The position numbers and the translations under genes were made by a program. A stretch of 57,081 nt of DNA from a virus (lineage: Duplodnaviria > Caudoviricetes), in the IMG/VR virus record IMGVR_UViG_3300027038_000001, positions 1-57,081 of that record; one strand, 5' to 3'. This document shows positions 44,091 to 53,019 of the stretch, one piece after another. A model generated the notes under the pieces. It had not been told where the DNA came from, made no database searches, and saw only the letters and a list, made by a program, of their open reading frames with translations. The first letter of the stretch is position 1, and the number at the start of each line of letters is the position of its first letter.

Positions 44091-46295
44091 CTACGTTGCA
44101 AACCGGTACCCACGGTCGCGCATCCAATCGCTAAACGCCTTAATCGACGCGTTCGCAATTTTGCTTGGATCCCCTAACACGCTGCCGTTAATCTGTTGTG
44201 TAATATGAATACGAACCTCTCCAGAACCAGGACGCATACCACCGGGATAGATAGTTGTCCCGAGTGGGATCCGTGCAACTTCTGGACCGGATTCACCCAC
44301 CATCACATCAACTGTACCTCCATCTTTAAACCCTGGAATTCTCGGACCCTGAGGCACCCACGTCTTGGTAGTACCAGTACGGTATGCTAAGATGATTTCC
44401 TCTGCAGAAAAACCACGCTCAGCCATTTCTTCTGCGATATCTTTCGGTATCCGAACAAAGCGACCATTGGTATCGTAGTACGCCAAACCATCAATGTTCG
44501 CTCGAGTGACATTCATTGAACCGCCTTGCGCACGATTCGCCTTAAGAATTTCTTCAGCGGCTTTCTTTTGCTTCTCGGCTTCCGCGGATACCTGAGCAGC
44601 AGCAGCGGCGGCTTTTTCAAATGCGTCTTCGTACGTATCCCCCATACCACGAGCCGCATCCTCAAGTTCACGTACCAAGGTCAATTGTTCATCAAGCACA
44701 TCACGGGTAAACGTCAAACCAGAAGTGACCATCTGGTTATACGTTTCACGAGCCGCTTCCGCTTTCTGTCGAAGCGCTTCTAACGACTTATCACGTACCG
44801 AATCCCATTCCATACCGATCGCCGTCAAGGCGTCGTCAGCTGCCTGTCGAAGTGCCGCGTAGTGTTCGCGGTATCTCGGATTGAGTGTATCCAATACCGA
44901 TACCTGCTTTTGAAAATTCGCTTCAATCGCCGCTTTCTGGGCGTCGTATGACGTGCCTGTCATCTTTATGACATTCGCAAAATGCTCGGCCGTCAAACCC
45001 TTGATAGTGTCGAGACTTTTCTTCTCCATCTCTGCAAGCTTGCCCGCATCGATAGCACGTCTCTCCGTGGATTCCGCAAGATCGCTTTGAAGTTTCGCCA
45101 ACTTCTTTGTATTCTCTGCGGCAATGTCAAGCGACTTATTATGATCGCTGGTTGTTTTCTTGGCGTCAACCATTGCGTCTCGAACTCGAAAAATGGTTCC
45201 ACCCAACGCATCAAGGGTTTTATCAAATTCGGAAGTCCCCATGACTCCCTTAGCGGCCTCTGCGGTCTGTTCTGCTAGGCTTCGGGTCCACTCCTTCATG
45301 GAATGAGCCATGCCAGGAATCAAGGAAACGGTCTCTGAGATTGCCGTCATTACTCCAAGGATGATTGTTTCAAGGCCTGACCAAACAGCATGAACGACAC
45401 GCGCAGACTCGACCAATCCCAATGCAAAGTCAGCCGCCACGATGGCTGTATTCTCAATGAGGTCCACGATAACTTTAATCGACGTTTGTGAGTCTCCACC
45501 GAACGCACTACCGATCGCGTCACCAATCGCCTTCATTCCTGCCGAAAGAACGGGTGACGTAGCGACCGCCTTCGCAATCTCATCCACCCAATTCGCGACA
45601 AAAACACGTGCGGCCTCGATCTGTTCACCGAAATCTCGTTCTTGATTACCCGCTTTCTGAACCGCAGTCTCTAACATTTCGAGAATCGTAATACGCTTCG
45701 CTTCCGCTTTAGCGGAATCGGACAGCATACCAACGGTTGTTCCCAGCTTTTTCGCGTACGCGGCTTCGGCATCGCCAACATCAATGACACCCAATGCCAT
45801 GGCCAACGACTTTGTCCGTCCGGTCACCATTGCGTTGGAAACTAATTCGAGCATTTCCTTCGTACCACCAAGTCCACGATTCTGAAGTACGAATGACGCT
45901 TGTGACAGAATGCCGAAGTCATCAGCGGTAAGACGTACACGGGCTGACAAGAGATGCGCTGCTTTCTGCGCAAGTTCGAAATCGTTAATCGTGCCTTTCG
46001 TTCCCGCACGCAACGCTTCCATTACCTTTGCGGCTTCACCGACCCCACCAGCGAAATCTTGAAGTGTGGCTTCAACGTCAAGAATATCCGCTCCTCGTTC
46101 ACCAAGTTCCTTCGCTGCGATAGCGATACCGGTAAAGGTCGCTGCAACGAGAGCTCCAGCAGCGGCAATGCTGGTGAAAGCTAACGACGAAACACTCTCA
46201 AAATTGAGTAGTTCTTTGGTGACTAAGTCAAGAGTCTTCGTAAAATCGTCCTTGAGGTCGATGACTCCTGAAATGGGTGCGAGTTCAACGGCCAC
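44091..46295 (-). CDS. Tape measure protein
   Basis: 734 aa, helical and Ala-rich, after the tail chaperones; I.LKDDFT N-terminus and F.DGG...VGE.GPE C-terminus. Confidence 0.88.
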   Translation of the reverse strand: MAVELAPISGVIDLKDDFTKTLDLVTKELLNFESVSSLAFTSIAAAGALVAATFTGIAIAAKELGERGADILDVEATLQDFAGGVGEAAKVMEALRAGTKGTINDFELAQKAAHLLSARVRLTADDFGILSQASFVLQNRGLGGTKEMLELVSNAMVTGRTKSLAMALGVIDVGDAEAAYAKKLGTTVGMLSDSAKAEAKRITILEMLETAVQKAGNQERDFGEQIEAARVFVANWVDEIAKAVATSPVLSAGMKAIGDAIGSAFGGDSQTSIKVIVDLIENTAIVAADFALGLVESARVVHAVWSGLETIILGVMTAISETVSLIPGMAHSMKEWTRSLAEQTAEAAKGVMGTSEFDKTLDALGGTIFRVRDAMVDAKKTTSDHNKSLDIAAENTKKLAKLQSDLAESTERRAIDAGKLAEMEKKSLDTIKGLTAEHFANVIKMTGTSYDAQKAAIEANFQKQVSVLDTLNPRYREHYAALRQAADDALTAIGMEWDSVRDKSLEALRQKAEAARETYNQMVTSGLTFTRDVLDEQLTLVRELEDAARGMGDTYEDAFEKAAAAAAQVSAEAEKQKKAAEEILKANRAQGGSMNVTRANIDGLAYYDTNGRFVRIPKDIAEEMAERGFSAEEIILAYRTGTTKTWVPQGPRIPGFKDGGTVDVMVGESGPEVARIPLGTTIYPGGMRPGSGEVRIHITQQINGSVLGDPSKIANASIKAFSDWMRDRGYRFAT

Positions 46296-46647
46296 GCGTA
46301 GTGCCTTTCTCTACCATTAAATTGTTCACATGACACCACCCATCGATCACCATTTCTTGAAATTGCAGACTCTGTTTCGAGGTCTCGATCTTAGCCATTT
46401 GAGTAATCTCATCCCCAAACTTAAGAATGCAATCCTCTAATTCTCCACCACGTAGCGCGAGTACGATCGACGCAAATCGGTAGTCCATACGTCGTTCGGA
46501 TAGAATTTCGAGCTGATCGAATACCCGCCATTCAAGAAGCTGGTCTGGCGACAGTTCGTCTAGCATTCGATCAACGTTTGCATAACCGAGTTGCGCCGCC
46601 AGTCGATACGCAAATCGACGTTGTTCGCCCCGCGCTAAGCTTTTTTT
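46285..46647 (-). CDS. Tail assembly chaperone, frameshift extension (GT-like)
   Basis: -1 frame continuation after the slippery site: KKSLARGEQRRFAYRLAAQLG...L.EW. Confidence 0.75.
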   Translation of the reverse strand, partial: KKSLARGEQRRFAYRLAAQLGYANVDRMLDELSPDQLLEWRVFDQLEILSERRMDYRFASIVLALRGGELEDCILKFGDEITQMAKIETSKQSLQFQEMVIDGWCHVNNLMVEKGTTRGR

Positions 46648-47018
46648 ATTTCTTCCGGTGCCTTCTCCTTGTTCAATGCAACGCACACACGTTGAATACG
46701 ATCCAACACCTTCATGCTCTTCTTCCGAAGCATGATCAGATCGAGCGGAACGTCGAAGGTCGGGCTGTCCTTGTCTTCGTCCTTGCGATCCATCGAATAG
46801 ATGTATTCGTCGTTCTCGTTGACCGCACTATAGATCAAGATGACACACATGCCGTCATCCGGGTACTTTACCAGATCAGCACGTTGCTTCATTGCCTGAC
46901 CGGCGGTCAGACTTTTCAGACGGAGAGTTCCGCCCCATTCCGGAATTTCAACTTCGTCGTATTTCGCATCGACGGCGGACTCGACATCCGCCGCCGACAG
47001 AAATTTCTTCGTTGACAT
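46635..47018 (-). CDS. Tail assembly chaperone (G-like)
   Basis: EVEIPEWGG.LRLKSLTA; lies between tail tube and TMP genes. Confidence 0.8.
   Translation of the reverse strand: MSTKKFLSAADVESAVDAKYDEVEIPEWGGTLRLKSLTAGQAMKQRADLVKYPDDGMCVILIYSAVNENDEYIYSMDRKDEDKDSPTFDVPLDLIMLRKKSMKVLDRIQRVCVALNKEKAPEEIKKA
46640..46647 (-). other. -1 programmed frameshift slippery site (A7G)
   Basis: Minus strand reads ATA AAA AAA GCT TAG; a -1 shift opens the downstream chaperone ORF. Confidence 0.8.
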
Positions 47019-47049
47019 GGTGGTGTCCTTCTTCTAAGGGTTAACGAAT

Positions 47050-47463
47050 TTACGCTTCGGTGACGACGCCAGCCCACGTCAAGGCCAACGAAGCTCCCTG
47101 CTTGCCGTCAACAGGGGCCGCGTCAAACTTGAACATCTGGATGTACGCAAATCCGGTTCTTGTCTTGCCAGACGGGAACAAAATCTGCCACGCATTCTTC
47201 ATGTTGTTGGCAATGTCCGACAAAATGAGAATGTGCGTTGCATCCGACGCCACGTAATTGATCTTCATCGTAGGGTCGGCCTGCCGAAGAATCCCGAGCA
47301 CATGGGACTCAGAACCGTCGTTGTGGGTCGACGTCTCAATCTTATTACGAGACATTCCACCCGGATCAAGTTCAGTGAGCTCTCCAATCGTCACAAACAC
47401 CGTCGGTGTTGCGAATGGTGCCCGTCGGATTGCGATTCCCGTTGTAGTAACTGCATTCGACAT
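47050..47463 (-). CDS. Major tail tube protein
   Basis: 137 aa: F.TIGEL...PGG.SR..IETS.H...LG.......INY; precedes the chaperones. Confidence 0.8.
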   Translation of the reverse strand: MSNAVTTTGIAIRRAPFATPTVFVTIGELTELDPGGMSRNKIETSTHNDGSESHVLGILRQADPTMKINYVASDATHILILSDIANNMKNAWQILFPSGKTRTGFAYIQMFKFDAAPVDGKQGASLALTWAGVVTEA

Positions 47464-47490
47464 GAACGTTCTCCTCTGGAAAAATTGAAA

Positions 47491-47991
47491 CTACACCGAG
47501 CATCCAGCGACGGCAAAATCGAATACCTGCGTGCCTGTGGACGGCGCGAATTGCAAGATATCTCCCGTACCCGCTGTAACGGGCCAACCCGTCGCATCCG
47601 GGGCAAACAACACGAGTGCACCACCCGGTTTCACAGCGATGGTATGAGCCGCAGCACCGAATCCGAACAACAATGCATTGGCGTCACCACCAACAATAAC
47701 GTTACCGGTATTGGATGCGTCAGCCATAACAACCAATACTTTCACACGCGCGAGAATGAACGCGGCACCGAACGCATCGAGCAACGAACCCGATACATCA
47801 AGGTCATATGCTGCCGAAATGGATTTCGCACGTTCGGAGTAGACACGATCGCATTGATTCGCGCCGGTGCCTGACGCCAGCGAGAAAACCGAATTCTGAT
47901 CAATGACTGCTTGACCCGACGCCAAACCAAGGGCATTGGCAAGAATCGAATTGAAAGCAATCGACAAACGAGACGTAACTGTTGCTGGCAT
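47491..47991 (-). CDS. Virion structural protein
   Basis: 166 aa, beta-rich (GTGANQCD...DLD..GSL.DAFG...VK.L), between tail terminator and tube genes. Confidence 0.65.
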   Translation of the reverse strand: MPATVTSRLSIAFNSILANALGLASGQAVIDQNSVFSLASGTGANQCDRVYSERAKSISAAYDLDVSGSLLDAFGAAFILARVKVLVVMADASNTGNVIVGGDANALLFGFGAAAHTIAVKPGGALVLFAPDATGWPVTAGTGDILQFAPSTGTQVFDFAVAGCSV

Positions 47992-48002
47992 GATCTAATC
48001 TC

Positions 48003-48419
48003 CTAACTTGTTGCTGGCGAAAGCCGTTTGACAATCTCCAGATTAAACGCAAATCGCATTCGTTGCTTGTCGTCCACGCCCAACTCAAAAACTTCCTGTC
48101 TTGGAGCGCACGACCTCCACCACGTGCCGTTGACAAATTCATCTCGAAAGTCAAGATCCGAATGAACGGCATAAGCCTTGGCTTCGGCTACGACCGGTAG
48201 TTCCCCTCGAACTACAACTTGAACCGTTGGACGTTCATAGGCTACCGTAAACCGAGAAAGGTTGTGAGTACCTTCATCGCCTTGACCACCCGTAGCGATC
48301 AAAGAAATGAACGGTCCTGACCCTGCCGGAATTACCGCTTTCGACCCCTTGAATAAAGTCGTACCATACGTTCCATGACCTAAAGACGTTAATCTGAAAA
48401 TCAGGTCATCAAGGTACAT
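48003..48419 (-). CDS. Tail terminator-like protein
   Basis: TGG...ERPTVQVVVRG...LG.DD..R.RF.FN; position in the neck cluster. Confidence 0.7.
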   Translation of the reverse strand: MYLDDLIFRLTSLGHGTYGTTLFKGSKAVIPAGSGPFISLIATGGQGDEGTHNLSRFTVAYERPTVQVVVRGELPVVAEAKAYAVHSDLDFRDEFVNGTWWRSCAPRQEVFELGVDDKQRMRFAFNLEIVKRLSPATS

Positions 48420-48794
48420 TTACTTCACCCTATCCAAATTGATGTGGGCGGCAATTCGTTCGGCCATATACGGAGCGCTCTCTGTCAATGGTCGTTCAAT
48501 GAATTTCGCTTCTCCGTCGTCGTGGTAAAGTTCCAAATCTTCATGCTGAATCAACGCGTAGTGCGCGGTCTTCTCCGAAGTCCGAACATACGATTTGATT
48601 CGATTGCCTACACGCTCTGGACCCTCTGCATGAATATCTTCACGAAGATCTCCGCTATCTTTTGGAGCTCGCTTCGCACATTCTTTCGCTTCTACCTTGG
48701 TTTCGATCATCAGTGCACGACCGAACTCGTCTGGAGAATTGTTAATCATTCTCCTAACTTGTTCAGTGACTTGCACCACCCCTTTGATACTCAT
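48420..48794 (-). CDS. Neck protein, HK97 gp10-like
   Basis: APKDSGDLR, YALIQHE, GEAKFIERP. Confidence 0.8.
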   Translation of the reverse strand: MSIKGVVQVTEQVRRMINNSPDEFGRALMIETKVEAKECAKRAPKDSGDLREDIHAEGPERVGNRIKSYVRTSEKTAHYALIQHEDLELYHDDGEAKFIERPLTESAPYMAERIAAHINLDRVK

Positions 48795-48795
48795 T

Positions 48796-49149
48796 CTAAC
48801 CAAGATAGATCTCCGTAAGTACGGGATGACCTGTTTCCACGTTCATAAACCCTTCGGTATTCAGGATCGGGGCCGTGGTACCATCCTGAAGAGTGATCCG
48901 ATCAAGTTCATTAACGATCGTGGGATGAAGAAAGGCGATGTACGCCGTACTCATCACCATTTGCCCGGTTCCCGTCTTTACAAGTTTCTGCTTACGAACT
49001 ACAACGGCATCACGAACGACTGGCGCGCTGTAACTTCGAGTTCCATCTCCAGCAACGGAAGCAATTGACTCGTGAATTACGGTTGACTGAAGTTTGAATG
49101 ACTTCGCCAACGAATTCGCCAATGTAACTCCATTGCTTACGAGACTCAC
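48796..49149 (-). CDS. Head closure/stopper protein
   Basis: G...Y.AP....A.V..K..LV....G...DRITL.DG pattern. Confidence 0.7.
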   Translation of the reverse strand: MSLVSNGVTLANSLAKSFKLQSTVIHESIASVAGDGTRSYSAPVVRDAVVVRKQKLVKTGTGQMVMSTAYIAFLHPTIVNELDRITLQDGTTAPILNTEGFMNVETGHPVLTEIYLG

Positions 49150-49580
49150 GGAATCTCTCCAATCCGGAAGGCAATGTCAGCCGTACCGCCACCCAGAATG
49201 TTCTGAACGACAATCGTTTGACCGGATGGAACGAAGAGACCATTCGCCCAAATCCAGTCTTTCACGAATCCAATGGCACCGCTCGTTGACACCCGATCCA
49301 TATATTTCGACGGGTTGGTTGGAGAGGTGCCCCACGCTAAAGCGGTTGTCGTTGCGGAAAGTTCAGTTGGATCTCCATCCAATGACGGTAATCCAAGCGG
49401 TGTCGTTGGCGTAATTCCTTTGGCTGCGGGACGGCCAAGACCGAAAACGGTTGCAGCCGCAGTAGCCAAGGAAAGATGAACTTCGAACAACCAACAACCT
49501 TTTGCACCAGCAATCAATTCTACTGCTGCATTGCTTGTGGTTACATTCGTTGTTCGTACTGCTCCTTGATATCCTCTCAT
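49146..49580 (-). CDS. Hypothetical virion protein
   Basis: GAGG RBS; beta-rich, 144 aa, in the neck cluster. Confidence 0.6.
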   Translation of the reverse strand: MRGYQGAVRTTNVTTSNAAVELIAGAKGCWLFEVHLSLATAAATVFGLGRPAAKGITPTTPLGLPSLDGDPTELSATTTALAWGTSPTNPSKYMDRVSTSGAIGFVKDWIWANGLFVPSGQTIVVQNILGGGTADIAFRIGEIP

Positions 49581-50107
49581 TACGACCTCACCAACTCTTT
49601 CGTTCCCGAGACACGAGCTCGAGGATAGCCCCATTCCGGAGGAATAAGACCAACAACAATATCTGGAACCGGTTTCGCATAAACCGATTCTTTGAAGGAC
49701 AAAGATACAGGGCCAGCGGTAATCGACTTTAAACCCTGAGATTCAACGTCTGAATCACCAGCCCGATCTGAGACCAACAACTGACGTGCGTACTCTGCAG
49801 TCGCACGTTGGAGTTCAACAGGAATGGTATGAATATCAACGTATTCCCAACCATTCCGTTTGATCATTGCTCCACGCGGCCATTGCAAGGCCTGCACCGC
49901 ATCGGTCGGATACCCTGTCCAAAACCACAGAGCGTCCATCAACATCGTAGCCCAAAGAATGGCAGCGGTTTTTTGATTGTCGTCCGCATCTTCCCACGTT
50001 GTACCAACTGCTGGACGATCCTCGTGATACTGGTTGGCAAAGGCAAGGTCGCAATAAGCGTTTGCCAATGCCGAACCAGCGGTGGTTACGAGCGTTGATA
50101 CAGCCAT
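49580..50107 (-). CDS. Head-tail adaptor (DnaT-like phage family)
   Basis: ANAY.D...A..Y, QALQWPR, IP.EL..AT.E.A, GPVSLSF. Confidence 0.8.
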   Translation of the reverse strand: MAVSTLVTTAGSALANAYCDLAFANQYHEDRPAVGTTWEDADDNQKTAAILWATMLMDALWFWTGYPTDAVQALQWPRGAMIKRNGWEYVDIHTIPVELQRATAEYARQLLVSDRAGDSDVESQGLKSITAGPVSLSFKESVYAKPVPDIVVGLIPPEWGYPRARVSGTKELVRS

Positions 50108-50113
50108 GGTTTC

Positions 50114-50590
50114 TTACTGCGGATCAGCGACGTAATGGATATGGAAATCGATGTGCGTCGCCACAGTCATCGTACTTCCCACCAACTTGAATCCAAGTGC
50201 CGCATTGGCGTCGTTTTGAACCAACGACGCGCCGTCCGCTAGTACCGCCGCATTCGCCGCACCCATACGCAACACCGTACTGCGTGTGAGACCGGCAATG
50301 GCGAAGGCCACGAGTTCAACAGCCGACCCCGAGAGCATGCTCGAGATATTGGCCGAGGTCGAGGTTGTGGCATTACCACCAATGGCAATCGCCAGCGCGT
50401 CGATCAGACGCCACCGCACACCGGGCAGTCCTGGGGTCGGTGTGAATGCGGTCAACGTCGTGATCAAACTAGCGACCGGAACACGCTGACGCCAAAACTT
50501 CGGAACACCGAACTCCACAAGAATGTCTCGAATGTAGCGAGAAACCGGAGCACCACGTCCCTGTGGATAGTCGTTGTTGGAATGTGCCAT
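50114..50590 (-). CDS. Putative capsid decoration/accessory protein
   Basis: 158 aa directly after the capsid gene; AGGAG RBS. Confidence 0.6.
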   Translation of the reverse strand: MAHSNNDYPQGRGAPVSRYIRDILVEFGVPKFWRQRVPVASLITTLTAFTPTPGLPGVRWRLIDALAIAIGGNATTSTSANISSMLSGSAVELVAFAIAGLTRSTVLRMGAANAAVLADGASLVQNDANAALGFKLVGSTMTVATHIDFHIHYVADPQ

Positions 50591-50620
50591 GATTGACTTC
50601 TCCTATCGAAGGTGCTGGGC

Positions 50621-50650
50621 GTAGGCGAATCCGAAATTGGACTCGCCTAC
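50621..50650 (-). other. Strong hairpin downstream of capsid gene
   Basis: GTAGGCGAGTCC-AATTTC-GGATTCGCCTAC; no U-tract follows. Confidence 0.6.
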
Positions 50651-50687
50651 GTGCACTTCTCCCACGTACCCGACGAACGAATGGTTT

Positions 50688-51854
50688 CTAGCCGGCGACG
50701 AAGATGCCTGCGTTCGGACGGGGGATCGCTCCACCGTACAACGCATCGAACGCCCACTGCACCTGACGATGCTGACGCGATACTTCGAGACGGAGCGAGA
50801 GACCCGAGATCTCATCGATCGCCGTTGCGGTCAGCGTTGCGCCGGGCACCTGGATGGTGTCCATCAGCGGGGCCATCGCGTACGAGATGCCGTCGCGGTG
50901 GGTGAGGAGATTCATCACGAACGATCCTTTGTTCGCGATGAACTCGTTGTCGACGACCGCCGCCACGAGACCGGGTTCGAAGGTGATTGAGGTCACCGTC
51001 GCACCACCCACGGTGCTCTGCACCTGATACGTCTGTGCATGACCGGTAACGCCAGCGAGACCGGTGAACTTGATGATGTCACCAACATTCAACGCACCGA
51101 GTGCGCCGCCGTCCACCGTGATCGTCTTGGTGCCGATGGCATAGCCCGCACCGTTGTTGACGAGGTAGTTCGTGCCAGCACCCGCCGTGTGCGTAGGTAC
51201 GCGCTGTGTCATCAACCACAGCGCGCCGAGCTTACGACCGATCTGACCATTGATGATGCCATCGGTGTCACCGCGAAACGACGCATCCTGAAACGCACGG
51301 AGACCGAGCGCATTCGCTTCCGCATCGGTGTTGATGATCATGAACCTCGGATCCATGCCCATCAGCTGGTTGTTCGCGACCTTGCGGCCATCGAGATACG
51401 CCGACAGATCCGTTGCAAACGGGGTCGTACCGGAAGTACCCGCGAAGCCGTAGAAACCGGCCAGTCCGTGCGCCAAGGACCAGAGATAATCCTCGATGCC
51501 GTTGCCCAAACCCTTGATGGCTTCGTTGCCTTGCATCGGCAGGATGCCGCGGTCAACCTGCGACAGACCTTTGTCGTCCATCGCAAACGGCGCTTCCTTC
51601 CACTGTGACAGCGTGATCGGGATGCTGGTGGGAGTGACCGTAGTCACCGCTGGAGGAACGACGTCCGGTGAAACCGTGCGGGTGGCCACCGCTGCCGGGA
51701 CGGCAACGTTGACCGTGGCGAATCGCTTTGCGGCGGTGATCTGGTTTTCATAGTCGCGGTTCGCGACCATCGTCAGGGCCAGACTTTCACGAAGGGTTGC
51801 CAAACCCATCGCGACGACCGTACCCAGAATGTTCGTAGTGACCATTGCTGCCAT
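50688..51854 (-). CDS. Major capsid protein (P22 coat-like)
   Basis: 388 aa after the scaffold gene: L...VANRDY, TVNVAVP, G..GRKLG, FDALYG; AGGAG RBS. Confidence 0.88.
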   Translation of the reverse strand: MAAMVTTNILGTVVAMGLATLRESLALTMVANRDYENQITAAKRFATVNVAVPAAVATRTVSPDVVPPAVTTVTPTSIPITLSQWKEAPFAMDDKGLSQVDRGILPMQGNEAIKGLGNGIEDYLWSLAHGLAGFYGFAGTSGTTPFATDLSAYLDGRKVANNQLMGMDPRFMIINTDAEANALGLRAFQDASFRGDTDGIINGQIGRKLGALWLMTQRVPTHTAGAGTNYLVNNGAGYAIGTKTITVDGGALGALNVGDIIKFTGLAGVTGHAQTYQVQSTVGGATVTSITFEPGLVAAVVDNEFIANKGSFVMNLLTHRDGISYAMAPLMDTIQVPGATLTATAIDEISGLSLRLEVSRQHRQVQWAFDALYGGAIPRPNAGIFVAG

Positions 51855-51892
51855 GTGAAAGACTCCTTGAAAAACGTTTACCGTTTACCAAG

Positions 51893-51964
51893 CAACTCCA
51901 CCGGAGCCGGGCACCACTTCTCCGAAGCGATACCAGGGTCGTTGGCTCCCCGAACCAACGACCC
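51893..51964 (-). promoter_or_regulatory. Three tandem hairpins in capsid leader
   Basis: Stems of 13, 11 and 7 bp (with G-U pairs), each with a C-G closed triloop: GGG, GGA, GGT. Confidence 0.7.
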
Positions 51965-51991
51965 CCCTATCTCTAATCGAATGTACGACTA

Positions 51992-52801
51992 CTACTGCTT
52001 CACGCCATCGTATTCGAAACGCAACGTCCCTTCTTTGATCTGCTTCGCAAAAACCGGGTCCCCCAATTGCTGCGGAGTAGGATTCCGAATGACCGTCTGA
52101 CCAGGACGTCCACCACCACCATTGCCACCGGCAGGAGGCGCACCGCCACCAGTGCTCTGCTTGAACGCGAAGTCATGTTCCTTCGCGGCTCCGGTCAACC
52201 ACTCATCGACACCGATGGGGTTGCCGGGATTTTCCGAACTAAATTTGTTGGCAATCGCAACGACCGCGCCGTCCTTTACCTCAAAGGTAGACTTCGCCTG
52301 ACCGACAATGAAGTCAACCGCCTTTGGATTGCCTCCAGCCTTCAGAAATCGTTCAGAGACAAACGACTTCAATGTCGATTCATCCGCACGTTTCCGTTCA
52401 GCCTCGGTCTGCTTTTCAGCGGCACCGAGCTTCTCTTGCAACGGCTTGATTGCGTCGTCGATCGATTTCTTGACCAATGCTGCGATGTCGTCGGGCTTCG
52501 CTGCGCCCTTCTTTTTGAATTCCGCAACCTGAGTCAGCGCCTCGCGAGCCGCATCCGGATCGATTCCTTCGAACTTCGCTTTGAGCGGTTTAAGTTCTTC
52601 GTTTTCTTTCGTGAGCGCGATATTCGTGTTTCGGAATTCAGCGATCTTGTTCTTCAGCTCAACGCCTTCAACAGGCGTTAGAAAACTCGGATGGGTTCCC
52701 TCGATCGCGAGCACGAATTTCCCGTCCGTTCCTTTCGCATAATGCGAACGCAACGGTTCTGTAACCGATTCAAGGTTATCAATAACTGCAGCCAATGCCA
52801 T
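51992..52801 (-). CDS. Capsid scaffolding protein
   Basis: L....L....E.LR..Y....DGKFVL.IEG, coiled coil, F..S.GGGA tail. Confidence 0.8.
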   Translation of the reverse strand: MALAAVIDNLESVTEPLRSHYAKGTDGKFVLAIEGTHPSFLTPVEGVELKNKIAEFRNTNIALTKENEELKPLKAKFEGIDPDAAREALTQVAEFKKKGAAKPDDIAALVKKSIDDAIKPLQEKLGAAEKQTEAERKRADESTLKSFVSERFLKAGGNPKAVDFIVGQAKSTFEVKDGAVVAIANKFSSENPGNPIGVDEWLTGAAKEHDFAFKQSTGGGAPPAGGNGGGGRPGQTVIRNPTPQQLGDPVFAKQIKEGTLRFEYDGVKQ

Positions 52802-52826
52802 GGTGGTGTCTCTCCTAAATAGTGAA

Positions 52827-53018
52827 TTACGCCTTCGGAATTACCATTCCTGGGGGTGGTGACACGATCTTCTTGTCTTGATTTTTGTGATACTCAGACA
52901 CGGCTTCCCTTGCCGCTTCCAACAAACCATACGCCAGTAGTTTGTTTTGAATCGAACCGTTAACGGCAATCTGACCGTTGTCAGTCATCACGATTTCAAT
53001 CTTCGCTATCGTCTCCAT
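52827..53018 (-). CDS. Small hypothetical protein
   Basis: V.G.I.NK.LAYGLLE.A motif; between portal and scaffold genes. Confidence 0.65.
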   Translation of the reverse strand: METIAKIEIVMTDNGQIAVNGSIQNKLLAYGLLEAAREAVSEYHKNQDKKIVSPPPGMVIPKA

Positions 53019-53019
53019 C

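Noticed and set aside
32817-52812. Kozak-like CCACCATG before several genes (32819, 47018, 52801) as a sign of a eukaryotic host
   Set aside because: The same genes have Shine-Dalgarno sequences, and the genome encodes a peptidoglycan hydrolase and bacterial-style operons.
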